Positions 1 to 9,168 of a stretch of 64,000 nucleotides of DNA are shown here, in pieces. The notes under the pieces were generated by a model. It made no database searches, had not been told where the DNA came from, and was given only the letters and a program-made list of their open reading frames with translations. How positions within the stretch are numbered: the first letter of the stretch is position 1; every line of letters begins with the position of its first letter. The stretch spans positions 288,001 through 352,000 of the forward strand of contig OZ244999.1 in NCBI GenBank assembly GCA_965223265.1. Reading direction: 5' to 3'. This DNA is from Planctomycetota bacterium (lineage in GTDB: Bacteria > Planctomycetota > UBA8108 > SXIK01). Both the position numbers and the translations under genes were made by a program.

Positions 1-2
1 AT

Positions 3-1229
3 CCCCAGCATGCATGGCGCCAGATCCGCGGCTTTGTTGGCAGTGAGCGCAGCGTCCAGGAGGTCAGCCGGTCGCTTTACTTTGCTTGCCGCGAACTGAA
101 GCCCGCGGCGGTAGGAGCGATGCTGATCACCTGCGCGGATGAGTCTGAGCACGAGTGCGCCGATGCGTTCCAGACGGGTTTCTCTCAGTATCTTTTACCG
201 GAGTTAAAGTTCGCACACCGGTCGGCGTTTCGGCTTGCGAACCTTGGAGGTCGCTATGAGTGGGGGGCGGTGCGCATCGCCGAGGATCACTTCGTCACTG
301 CGGAAACAGAAAACAGCGACAAGCTGCTCGTCTGTAAGATCAACGCCCATGTCGCGGTCGAAGAGGAGAACGGCGCGCCCCGCTTCGGCATCATGACGCG
401 TTACCAGCGGCCGTCCGCATGCTGCGGCGCCATGCAGGCTCTGATGGGAAACGCGGCACTTCCGTTCGCCAGCGATCTGCGCGAAGCGTTTCGTAGCGAG
501 GGGGTTGATCGCCTTGCAGCACTTCTTGACCCGAAGCGCGTCGCGCCGGATGAACGCCCCCTCTTGGCGGCGGTCGTCTCCGCGCGGCTGCAAGCGCGGC
601 GCGCAATGCTCGACATCCAAGACTATCGTCCGGCCTCACCGACGTTCTACATCGTCGTTGCGTCGGTGACACTGAATCGCCGCGGCACCGACGGTGAAAT
701 CGTCTGCGGGGTCTACACCGCGGACCATCGCCGCGAAGGAGAGCGGCAAGAGAGTTACTTTGGTCTAGGAGATGACCCAGCAGCCTACACGGTCAGCCGC
801 GAGGGGCACCGACTGCGCATCGACGACGATGCGTTGGGGAACGAACGCAAGGCGCGCAATCATCGTCGACTGGTCGCGGCAGCGTGGGAGAAAGAGCGGC
901 CGACCGCAGTGCGCCGCGACGAGCGTCTGCAGAAGGTGTGGAAGGCAGTCGCCGAGAAGAAGCATCTCCAAGACGTTCACTGCCGGACACTGCTGAAAAC
1001 CTCTCTCCTACTACTGTCACAGGTCTCACCCGTCCCGGCAGCGGTGATCCTGTTCGCGCACGGCGCGGCGGCCATCCATCACGTCCACCGCGCGCACGGC
1101 TTGACGCACCGCGTCGCATCGGACGACGACGCCAGGCGCATCCTCGCCGAGGTCGAGAGCCAGCTCGACCACCTAGACGCCGAAAAAGCGCGCGACGTGC
1201 TGGAGGTTTTGGCGCGGCACCATGCGTGA
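3..1229 (+). CDS. LCIB-like (theta-class carbonic anhydrase fold) protein with C-terminal extension; probably 5'-truncated by window edge
   Basis: Frame is open from position 3. Motifs TCADES, F-x-L-A-N-L-G-G, NAHVAV and SACCGA occur in the order of the LCIB Cys/His/Cys zinc ligands. Confidence 0.55.
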   Translation, partial: PQHAWRQIRGFVGSERSVQEVSRSLYFACRELKPAAVGAMLITCADESEHECADAFQTGFSQYLLPELKFAHRSAFRLANLGGRYEWGAVRIAEDHFVTAETENSDKLLVCKINAHVAVEEENGAPRFGIMTRYQRPSACCGAMQALMGNAALPFASDLREAFRSEGVDRLAALLDPKRVAPDERPLLAAVVSARLQARRAMLDIQDYRPASPTFYIVVASVTLNRRGTDGEIVCGVYTADHRREGERQESYFGLGDDPAAYTVSREGHRLRIDDDALGNERKARNHRRLVAAAWEKERPTAVRRDERLQKVWKAVAEKKHLQDVHCRTLLKTSLLLLSQVSPVPAAVILFAHGAAAIHHVHRAHGLTHRVASDDDARRILAEVESQLDHLDAEKARDVLEVLARHHA

Positions 1230-1242
1230 GAGAGAGCTACTC

Positions 1243-2391
1243 TCAGCGACTAAAATCACTCTCGGCAAGAGTGAAAATCTTCGGACTCCACTCGCTTCCA
1301 TCTATGAAGATCAACTTCACACAGACGTAGTTGGTCGACATCGGTATCTTGACGTAGATCTCATCGTCATCGGATATCCCCGGACTAGCCTGACGATCAT
1401 CTCGTGTGAAATGAAGACGATTCGAGACGGTCTGTTCATCGATCGAGTAACGGATCTCTCGGAAGGCGTTCTTGTATGAGAGCAGGTGGGTGAAATAGAC
1501 CAGCATGTTTCCTGCGGGATACTCCCGAAACGCCAACCAGGAGCGGCGAGTCGCTTGGAGTGTATGCTTTGCCGAGGCGACCGTCTGCTCCGTCGCATCG
1601 AAAGTCAGCCGGTAAGGGCCCTGCTCGCGTCCGTCAGCGTCGACATACTTGACAAAAAGAATCCGCTTTCCCTGTATGTTTCCAAGCGACGCGTGACTGA
1701 CGGGTCTTGGAAGACCAGACTGGGGATCTCGGAATCGGCTAAGTCCCGTGCTGCTGTAGCCATCCTGATCTTCGAATCGGTAGAAGATTTCTCTCACGTG
1801 CTCTTCCTCAACATCGATAGTCACCGACCAGCCTGAGCTTGTCGGCATGCCGCTCAGGCGTACGGGAGCACTATTGCGTTGCGTTGGTCTCGGATCGATG
1901 GCTTGATCGATCAGGTGCAGAGCCACTAGTAAGATGAGGGTGACCGCTGCGACGAGAGCGGCTCGGCGCAGCCTGTAGCGCCAGATCTGGCGGTGGACTC
2001 GCTGCGCAGCTAAGGCTATCTCCGCTGGTATGTCTCCTGCAGGTCGGAGTACTGTCACGGCATGCAGAAATGGTGGCAGCTTCTCTATGTCGGTGGCGAC
2101 CGTCATAACGGGTAGAATTCGGCCTGCCGGTCTTTTCCATCGGCGCTTTGCCATCTCGAGCTCGGTCAGTGCATAGCTGCCACCGGAAATGGAATCTGGG
2201 CTGATGAGAAAAACGAAAAGGTCGCAGCTTTCGATTGCGTACCGTATCCGTGCGTCGTAGTCCTCACCAGGAGGCAGAGAGGAGCGGTCGAAAAACACCT
2301 CATGGTCGTCGTTCCGAAGGGTATAAGCGATACGCTCGGCGAGCGGTTCCTGAGGAGAAGAATAGCAGAGGAATAGCTTCATCGACGACAA
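1243..2391 (-). CDS. TIR domain + single TM helix + C-terminal duplicated beta-rich domain
   Basis: KLFLCYS..EVFFD..SLPPGEDY..CDLFVFLISPDS..YALTEL (catalytic Glu kept); TM AALVAAVTLILLVALHLI; internal repeats REIFYRFE..FVKYVDADG and REIRYSID..CVKLIFIDG. Confidence 0.85.
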   Translation of the reverse strand: MSSMKLFLCYSSPQEPLAERIAYTLRNDDHEVFFDRSSLPPGEDYDARIRYAIESCDLFVFLISPDSISGGSYALTELEMAKRRWKRPAGRILPVMTVATDIEKLPPFLHAVTVLRPAGDIPAEIALAAQRVHRQIWRYRLRRAALVAAVTLILLVALHLIDQAIDPRPTQRNSAPVRLSGMPTSSGWSVTIDVEEEHVREIFYRFEDQDGYSSTGLSRFRDPQSGLPRPVSHASLGNIQGKRILFVKYVDADGREQGPYRLTFDATEQTVASAKHTLQATRRSWLAFREYPAGNMLVYFTHLLSYKNAFREIRYSIDEQTVSNRLHFTRDDRQASPGISDDDEIYVKIPMSTNYVCVKLIFIDGSEWSPKIFTLAESDFSR

Positions 2392-2600
2392 TTCTCGCGA
2401 ACTAGGGCAGGACTCTCATCATGCTGACGTTTTCCCGATTGCGCTACGTTTTCTAGACTATATGAATGACACCAAGACACGCAAGACGCGGCGCAGCCCA
2501 TCGAGTTGACTCTGTCGATTCCGCACCTCTCGCGCAGCTTTCCGCGTGCACTACCTCGATCCGCTTCCTATGCGGTGCCGCGTCAGCGTAGAATGAGGCT

Positions 2601-3065
2601 ATGCGCATCTTCGTCAGTTACACCCGCGAGCACCGTGAGGCGGCCCGCGCGTTGACGCGCGATTTGGAGGCTGTTGGCCATGCTGTGTGGATGGATGACG
2701 CGCTCCAAGGCGGACAGACGTGGTGGGAGCAGATCCTCGAAGAAATCCGCCGCTGCGATTTCTTGGTGCTCGTCCTCACGACTGAGTCTCTCGACTCGAC
2801 CGCCTGCGATCGGGAAATGAACTATGCCGCCGCCGTGGGGAAACCGATCCTGCCGGTCTTGGCTGCCGACGGTGTGTCGATCCGTCTTCTGCCTTCTCTC
2901 CTCGCCCAGGTTCAACATGTCGACTACCGAGAGCGAGACAAAGCTGCGGCGCTGAGGGCAGCTGGGGCCACATGGCCAGGAACTGCCGCTCGGCGCCGTT
3001 TCACGGACTCCGCGTTGGACCGCGGCACCGCCATCGGTTTTTGTCCCGCCAGGTCGTCACCGTAG
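2601..3065 (+). CDS. Stand-alone TIR domain protein, possibly C-terminally truncated
   Basis: MRIFVSYTR..VWMD..LQGGQTWWEQILEEIRRCDFLVLVLT..SLDSTACDRE; sequence loses protein-like character after VDYRERDKAAALR. Confidence 0.8.
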   Translation: MRIFVSYTREHREAARALTRDLEAVGHAVWMDDALQGGQTWWEQILEEIRRCDFLVLVLTTESLDSTACDREMNYAAAVGKPILPVLAADGVSIRLLPSLLAQVQHVDYRERDKAAALRAAGATWPGTAARRRFTDSALDRGTAIGFCPARSSP

Positions 3066-3086
3066 GGCGGTCTTACCTTCTTACCT

Positions 3087-3113
3087 CTTCTTCTTCTTCT
3101 TCTTCTTCTTCTT
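3087..3113. repeat. (CTT)9 intergenic microsatellite
   Basis: Nine perfect CTT units, preceded by two CTTACCT units. Confidence 0.95.
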
Positions 3114-3327
3114 GCCCGCCTGGCGCGCGCGGCCGCCAGCGCGGGCCGGTCGCGCTGGTAGGGGAATGGGCACACGTCCCTGTCGAGTCAACTTACGCTA
3201 TCCCAAGGAGACAGAGATCCGCTAACGAGCGCTGACTAAAACCTCGTTTCGCTCAGGCGTTCCTGTCGATTCGTCACCTCGCATTCGCTTCTCGCCGCCG
3301 CTCCTCATCTGAGGTAGACTTCACGTC

Positions 3328-3717
3328 ATGACTTCTCGACGACGTTACCGTAAGAAGGCGAGCCAGTTCGTGACCGCCGTGCAGCTCAACCTTGAAACGG
3401 ACGGCTTCGCCTACGACAAATGGGGAGCGGAGCAGCGCTGCAAGAAGGGCGATTGGCTCGTCAACAACGCTGGCGACACATACACCATCGACGCCGACGT
3501 CTTCGCGCGCACCTATCGCCAGCTCACCCCCGGAGTGTACGTCAAGACAACGCCCATTTGGGCTGAGGTGGCGTCAGAGGCCGGCGCCATCGACACCAAG
3601 GAGGGCAAGTCGCACTACGCGGCCGGCGACTACATCGTTTGGAACACCTCAGACGGCACTGACGGCTACTGCATCAGCCGCGCCAAGTTCGACACTATGT
3701 ACGAGCCTGACGAGTAG
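3328..3717 (+). CDS. PGDYG-domain-like protein (two tandem repeats)
   Basis: Repeats WGAEQRCKKGDWLV..DVFARTY and TKEGKSHYAAGDYIV..AKFDTMY. Confidence 0.65.
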   Translation: MTSRRRYRKKASQFVTAVQLNLETDGFAYDKWGAEQRCKKGDWLVNNAGDTYTIDADVFARTYRQLTPGVYVKTTPIWAEVASEAGAIDTKEGKSHYAAGDYIVWNTSDGTDGYCISRAKFDTMYEPDE

Positions 3718-4074
3718 ATCGACGGACGGCGGGTTCTGGTCCTCGGTTCACGCTCTGCGAGCATCCCCATGGAGCCTCGGCGAGCCGCCACTTTTTCTGT
3801 CGCCGATGGTGATTGGTGAAGTAGACGCTTCGCGCCCACTTGAGCGCCCCGAGCTCTCAGTTTGTCATCTAATCAATTAGTTTGATTTGATCAATCAACG
3901 GAAAGGGAATTGATCGTTTCCTCTCGTCGGTGTTTACTGACTGAATCGTCAACACGGCAAACTGGGGCACTCACGACAGAACTTCGCGCCGAGCATCCTT
4001 CCGTCGCGGGTCACAGTCCACGGTCGTCGCAAGTCGATAACCGTCGGCCACCAAAACGAACAAAGGGGTCAGCC

Positions 4075-5724
4075 ATGCGTCTTCGTTTTGTGTCGTTCCG
4101 CATGATCCGACATTTTCGTCCGTTGCGCTTGGCTCAACTCGGTCTCTTGCTTGCACTCCTGCTTGCGGCCTTCCCGGGCTGCAGCTCATACCTCAAACGC
4201 AAGCAGCTTGAGGCGGTCGCAAAGGACTGGTCCATGGTGGTCCGAGCCAGTCAGGTGATCCCCGTCTATCCGCTCACGGAAGACCTGCAGCCGGGCGATC
4301 TCTTCCTCGTGCTGACGCCCATTCCCGAGCAGGCGGATGAATACTCACGACGAGGCTTTCTGCCACTCGACCAGCACCTCGCGAGGCTACCCGACCTCGA
4401 CTACGGTGAGTTCTACGATGACTCGTACGGTGTCGCCGAGCACGAATCGACGCCGCGCGATTGGCAATTCCCTCCACGGGTGCGCACGCCAGGCGGTGAG
4501 CCGGCTTCGACATCACCTCCGCCGACCGTCGATGAACCTGCGGGCCCCTCGACGGCAACGAGCGCACCGGCGAGCGGCGGCACGTCTGATGCAGGCGCAA
4601 CGAATGCGGCTTCTGCAGCTGCAGTAGCAGAAACTACGGCCGACGAGTTGTCGTCCGAACACACTGCAGACACGGATTGGCACCTAGCACCGCGGGCGGC
4701 GTTTCCGAGCTACAACTTCTCGGTAGCAAGCGGTGGCGCGCTTGGACTCGCCTTGCCGATCCAGGGAGTCCCCGTCGCCCTGAGTCTCATGCAGACGGAC
4801 ACCGCGAGCGGCTCGGTCACGATAGCGGATGCGTACACCTATGGGGTGCCGTTTGAAATGATCGCCGACAAGGTCGAGGAGTGGGCGGGCCGGCTCGGGA
4901 ATCTGGACATGTTGAAGGGGCTGCGTGAAACCGTGATCGCGAGCGAGAGCACGTGCTCGCGGATTGCCCGCTGGTTTAAGGATGAGCCGGAGCCGACGAT
5001 CTACCTCAGGGTCGTGAGCCGTGTGTACTTGACGGGTCGAGTCGTCGCCCAGGTGAATAGTGCGAGCGCCGGTGGCGCCGCAGCCAAGGGCGGCGTGTCG
5101 CCTGACGTGGAGCTTCCGGCGCCGGACGTGGTGACTGCGGCGAGCCGGGAGAATCGGGAGCCGGAGGCATCCGGAGATGGTGAGGTCCCGACCGCGATAC
5201 CGCAGTCGTCCAAGACTCTGCTTTCTCACGCAGAGAAGCTGGAGGACCTGAGTGATCAGTTGAGCGGCGCCCTCCCGGGCGGCAAGATCCGCCTGGCGTG
5301 GGCGACGAATCGCTCGGTCTCACTCTCTGAGACCTTCGAGCGACCACTCGTGATCGGCTATCTTGGATTCGATTTCCCGGTTTTGGAAGATGGGTCTCTT
5401 GGCTCACCCGTCGCAACTCGGGACCAGTTCGAACGCAGGAAGATACGCAGCGTCAAGGCCAACTTTGACTACTATCCCGATCTTAGGGAGAGGTGCGCCG
5501 CACTGCCCGTTGAAAAACGTTATCCAATTTTCGACGCGGCCGCGGAGTACATCGGCGGCGACTTTCAACAAGAATATAGTGCCGCGAAGTCAGAGGGGCG
5601 TAACTCTGAGGCAGCGTTCGGAGAGGCGCGCCGAAAGTATCTCTTCGGGAAGAGCCCTATTGGCAAGTACATCGACGATGTGGACCGCGGCTTGAACGCC
5701 GCGTTGCCGCCCGAGCCAAAGTGA
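4075..5724 (+). CDS. Predicted lipoprotein with gasdermin-like motif order
   Basis: AAAGGGG RBS then ATG 4075; basic N-region, hydrophobic LGLLLALLLAAF and Cys36; motifs VIPVYPLTEDLQPGDLFLV, YLRVVSRVYLTGRV and ETFERPLVIGYLGF. CDS is secure, fold call tentative. Confidence 0.5.
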   Translation: MRLRFVSFRMIRHFRPLRLAQLGLLLALLLAAFPGCSSYLKRKQLEAVAKDWSMVVRASQVIPVYPLTEDLQPGDLFLVLTPIPEQADEYSRRGFLPLDQHLARLPDLDYGEFYDDSYGVAEHESTPRDWQFPPRVRTPGGEPASTSPPPTVDEPAGPSTATSAPASGGTSDAGATNAASAAAVAETTADELSSEHTADTDWHLAPRAAFPSYNFSVASGGALGLALPIQGVPVALSLMQTDTASGSVTIADAYTYGVPFEMIADKVEEWAGRLGNLDMLKGLRETVIASESTCSRIARWFKDEPEPTIYLRVVSRVYLTGRVVAQVNSASAGGAAAKGGVSPDVELPAPDVVTAASRENREPEASGDGEVPTAIPQSSKTLLSHAEKLEDLSDQLSGALPGGKIRLAWATNRSVSLSETFERPLVIGYLGFDFPVLEDGSLGSPVATRDQFERRKIRSVKANFDYYPDLRERCAALPVEKRYPIFDAAAEYIGGDFQQEYSAAKSEGRNSEAAFGEARRKYLFGKSPIGKYIDDVDRGLNAALPPEPK

Positions 5725-5743
5725 GCGAGCGTGGGGAAAAACA

Positions 5744-5902
5744 ATGGCAGAGCGCATCGAAGAATACGAGATTCCAAAGAGCTGGCCGCTGAAGGATATG
5801 GCGGGCTGGATCAAAGCGACTCTTCAGGAGCCAGACGTGACGTCTGTAGAGATCGTGCGGCGAAGTGGTACGTACTTCTTCTTGGTGCACATTCAGGAGT
5901 GA
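5744..5902 (+). CDS. 52-aa small protein, below the ORF-track cutoff
   Basis: MAERIEEYEIPKSWPLKDMAGWIKATLQEPDVTSVEIVRRSGTYFFLVHIQE; GGGG purine tract upstream; 19 nt after the previous stop codon. Confidence 0.6.
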   Translation: MAERIEEYEIPKSWPLKDMAGWIKATLQEPDVTSVEIVRRSGTYFFLVHIQE

Positions 5903-6403
5903 GTTCGACGAATGCGACTCGCAAGGAATTGCTTCCCACAAAGATCCCTGCCCCGACAACAGTGAGCATACCTACGTCGGTGTATCTCGGGTTCCAATAG
6001 GAGAACCAGGATCTTGGCAGTCTGTCCTGCGGAACGCAAAGCTGTTCCGTCTATGTTTGTCGTCAAATCAGAGTAGATCTCGAGTGAGTCCACTGGCCTC
6101 AATTGACTTTTCCGACCGCAGCTTCGTAGCATGTTGAGGTCGGAAGGATTGTTGGCCGCGTTTTCGAGGTGGCCTTTAGTGGGTAGCGGGTTGAGAGTCT
6201 TGTTTTTCGGCATCACTCGGCCCGTTCAACAAGTCGTTCGACCCGGTAACTGGGCCATCATGCCCAGCTTGTCTGCCAATCGCCGTGTAGGCTTGGCAGC
6301 GGCGTTTGCACAGCGGCTGGCAAGCGATTGAGTCGGATTCTCGATCCTCCACCAACCGCACTGTCTGATCGTAGGTTCCGATTCGTACCGGACGGGGGGT
6401 GAG

Positions 6404-7813
6404 ATGGGACTGCCGAAAGTTCTCATCATCGGGTTGGCGAAAAACTCGCCACTCGGGGAAAGACTCAGGCAGATTCTGTGCCGGGCCTATACCACCGCGT
6501 TCGAAGAGGAGAAGGTTCCTCATCGAGTCGTCGAGGGTTCTGGAGGAGTCGAAACGGATCCATGCAGCGCTCCGAGTGCGGTGATTCTTCGAGCCGCGAT
6601 GACCAGCTCGGAGACGACGGGCGAGCTGATCGCCGCGGTGCGCAGAGCCAGCCCGGCGGTGCCGATTGTGTTGCTGATTGACGCGCGGGAGCGATGCCCC
6701 CGTGCGGTCGCAACGCTGCTTCGACGCGGTGCGGACGATTTCGTCACCCCTCCCCTTGAGCCCCGAGATCTCCTGCCGCGCTTGTGGCGTCTTGGTTCGT
6801 ACCACGAGGAAGGAACAATCCCTCGCGTTGTTCGTCAGGTTGGGCTCAAACGATTGATCGGTGAGAGTGCAAGGTTCTTGCAAGTCACCGAGAAGATCCC
6901 GGTGGTCGCGAAATGTGATGCGGCAGTGCTGATCAGTGGGGAAACAGGGACCGGCAAAGAAGTGTGCGCGCGAGCCATCCATTACGTCAGCCCACGTTCG
7001 CGCCAGACTTTCCTTCCAGTCAACTGCGGTGCGATCCCCGTCGATCTCCTCGAAAATGAGCTCTTCGGGCATGAGCGAGATGCTTTTACAGGCGCTTCCA
7101 CTTCCCGGCGAGGTCTGGTTGAAGAAGCGACGAGAGGAACACTCTTTCTTGATGAAATCGACTGCCTGCGACCGTCCGCACAGGTCAAGCTGCTGCGGCT
7201 TCTGCAAGAGAAGGAGTATCGCCCCCTGGGTTCAACGCACACAAAGAGCGCAGATATTCGACTCATTGCCGCAACGAACGTCGACCCTTCAGAGGCGGTC
7301 CGAGGAGGGAAGATTCGTCAGGATCTCTACTACCGCCTAAACGTTCTGCCGATTCAGTTGCCTCCGCTTCGCGATCGGGGCGACGACGTTTTACTCCTTG
7401 CGAGGCACTTCCTTCTCAAGGCAGCGGCGGACGCCAATGTGCCAGCGCCCTTACTGTCACCTGAAGCGGAAGCCGCCCTTCGACTTCACGACTGGCCAGG
7501 AAACGTGCGCGAGCTCGAACATGTGATCGCGCGGGGCGTCATCTTGGCGGATGGACGTCCCGTGATCGAGGTGCGTGACATCCAGATTGCCGGCTCAAGC
7601 TCGCGAGAAACGACGCCCTTCCAAGAGAGCAAGCGGCGGGTCATTGAGGAGTTCGAGCGGAAATACATCAGCACCCTACTGCGGGTTCACCGGGGCAACA
7701 TCACTCACGCGGCGCGCGCTGCGAAGAAAAACCGGCGCGCATTTTGGGAGCTCATTCGCAAGCACGGAATCAATGTCGAACAGATTCGCGCATCTACGAC
7801 GCCGCACTGTTGA
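6404..7813 (+). CDS. Sigma-54-dependent enhancer-binding protein (degenerate receiver + AAA+ + HTH)
   Basis: GETGTGKE, VNCGAIP, ELFGHERDAFTGA, TLFLDEI, RQDLYYRLNV, WPGNVREL, C-terminal GNITHAARAA; GADDFVTPP receiver remnant. Confidence 0.95.
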   Translation: MGLPKVLIIGLAKNSPLGERLRQILCRAYTTAFEEEKVPHRVVEGSGGVETDPCSAPSAVILRAAMTSSETTGELIAAVRRASPAVPIVLLIDARERCPRAVATLLRRGADDFVTPPLEPRDLLPRLWRLGSYHEEGTIPRVVRQVGLKRLIGESARFLQVTEKIPVVAKCDAAVLISGETGTGKEVCARAIHYVSPRSRQTFLPVNCGAIPVDLLENELFGHERDAFTGASTSRRGLVEEATRGTLFLDEIDCLRPSAQVKLLRLLQEKEYRPLGSTHTKSADIRLIAATNVDPSEAVRGGKIRQDLYYRLNVLPIQLPPLRDRGDDVLLLARHFLLKAAADANVPAPLLSPEAEAALRLHDWPGNVRELEHVIARGVILADGRPVIEVRDIQIAGSSSRETTPFQESKRRVIEEFERKYISTLLRVHRGNITHAARAAKKNRRAFWELIRKHGINVEQIRASTTPHC

Positions 7814-8090
7814 CCCAACTGCTCGTTTGTGCGCAGAGTGGGTGTGCGTACGCCATGTGGTCTGCCGGACTGAGACATTTGCCGACCAAAGTGGGACAGA
7901 TTTGTCCACGTGGAACGAGACGACAGGCTTTCTTCGACGGACGGGCGGCCGTGGCCCAGACCACTTTCACGAGAAGGCTATCTTAGGTCACGCCGGATCG
8001 GCAGAGCCCAATCGAGCTAAGTTGGCCCGGCGTGTCGTTTCTGTCCTAGCTGAAGACCTTCGCCGAGCTTGGGAACGGTAGTTACGAATT

Positions 8091-8106
8091 CGGAACAAGT
8101 TTTGCT
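8091..8106 (+). promoter_or_regulatory. Candidate sigma-54 -24/-12 promoter
   Basis: CGGAACAAGTTTTGCT has exact GG-N10-GC spacing with TTGCT, about 50 nt before GTG 8156 and directly downstream of the activator gene. Confidence 0.45.
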
Positions 8107-8155
8107 ATGCGTGTTTCGTACCCCATTTTCCCACGCACACCAGCAGTACCGAGCG

Positions 8156-8416
8156 GTGAAACCGTCAGCTACGATCGAAATTCTCGGCTATCTGACTGAG
8201 CGACCTCGCGCAGGAGACAGCCTCGATGGCATTGCCGAGTGGTGGGTGCTCAGTCGCTGCGTCGAGCATCGGCTAGCGGAAGTGCGAGAGGCGCTGTCAG
8301 AACTCGTTCAGCGAGGCTTCGTGACGGAATGCGTGTTGAAGGATACGACCCGCCTCTACCGACTCAACGAAGACAAACTACCTGAGATTCAAAACTTCCT
8401 TGAGCAGCAGCCATGA
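8156..8416 (+). CDS. Small winged-HTH protein
   Basis: EILGYLTERPRAGDSLDGIAEWW..VREALSELVQRGFV..YRLN; ATGA overlap with next gene; start uncertain. Confidence 0.7.
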   Translation: MKPSATIEILGYLTERPRAGDSLDGIAEWWVLSRCVEHRLAEVREALSELVQRGFVTECVLKDTTRLYRLNEDKLPEIQNFLEQQP

Positions 8417-8874
8417 AAGCAACACAAGTTAAGGAAAGCCTCACCGAGGAGCAGGCCCGGATCGCGACATTTGCGAAGTCGCCTCCTGATGCTGACTCGC
8501 CGAACTGCGGTGCGATGGATCGACTGACCCAGGAGCTTCGCAGCCTGTTGGTCAAGTACGAAGACGAACTCGGCGAGTGGGTTGAACTCGACCACAACTC
8601 GGGAAACGATTCGGGACAACTGACCGTCGCTGGCGTCGAACTCGATGGCTTCACCTATGTGCTCTGTCGCATGCCGACCGCGACCCAGCAGCCGCTCTCT
8701 CAGAGACAGCGTGAGATCGCGCTCCTCGTTGCAGATGGTCTGCCGAACAAGACGATCGCTTGTCGACTCGGCATAAGCAGCGCGACGGTTGCAGTGCATC
8801 TACAGAGGATTTTCCGCAAGCTCAACATCGATTCACGCACACAGCTTGCCCGGCAAACTGTGCTGTTCGCCTAG
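8413..8874 (+). CDS. LuxR-family HTH transcriptional regulator
   Basis: LSQRQREIALLVADGLPNKTIACRLGISSATVAVHLQRIFRKLNIDSRTQL. Confidence 0.92.
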   Translation: MKATQVKESLTEEQARIATFAKSPPDADSPNCGAMDRLTQELRSLLVKYEDELGEWVELDHNSGNDSGQLTVAGVELDGFTYVLCRMPTATQQPLSQRQREIALLVADGLPNKTIACRLGISSATVAVHLQRIFRKLNIDSRTQLARQTVLFA

Positions 8875-8974
8875 GCGTGGCCATTGGTGCAGTGGATGTG
8901 CAGCTTTGCTCGTGCGGAGAATCTGCCACGCGTTCCCTGGTGCCCTCCCCAGGGTATTCGCGCCCCAGCCTTAG

Positions 8975-9163
8975 CAGCAGCCCGCTGAACGTTGAAAAAG
9001 CCAGTCGGCTGAGAAACAGGCCTCTTCACGCCCAGCTCGACCACGGCGAGCCTCGCCAGTCTGTCTCATAAAAAGAGGGCTCGGAGATTGTCTACGTTCG
9101 CCGCGGCCGATCTGGACGCGAAGCGACCAGTTTTCAGCTCGAAGCACTTTCTCAGGCAGGCTG
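8975..9163. mobile_element. MITE / internally deleted IS (IS5/IS1182-like ends), copy 1
   Basis: Flanked by TTAG direct repeats (8971-8974, 9164-9167); decayed CAGCC..TTGAAAAAG terminal repeats; 9080-9160 closely matches the reverse complement of 58392-58472. Confidence 0.8.
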
Positions 9164-9168
9164 TTAGG

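Noticed and set aside
3882-3898. FNR/CRP-like box (TTGATTTGATCAATCAA)
   Set aside because: Half-site spacings are 2, 3 or 7 nt, not 4; it may still be regulatory but cannot be assigned.
6176-7207. Long antisense or alternative-frame ORFs (this one, 54381-55745, 60725-61888, 43823-44800 and similar)
   Set aside because: Shadow ORFs overlapping well-supported genes in GC-rich DNA, with no recognisable motifs.
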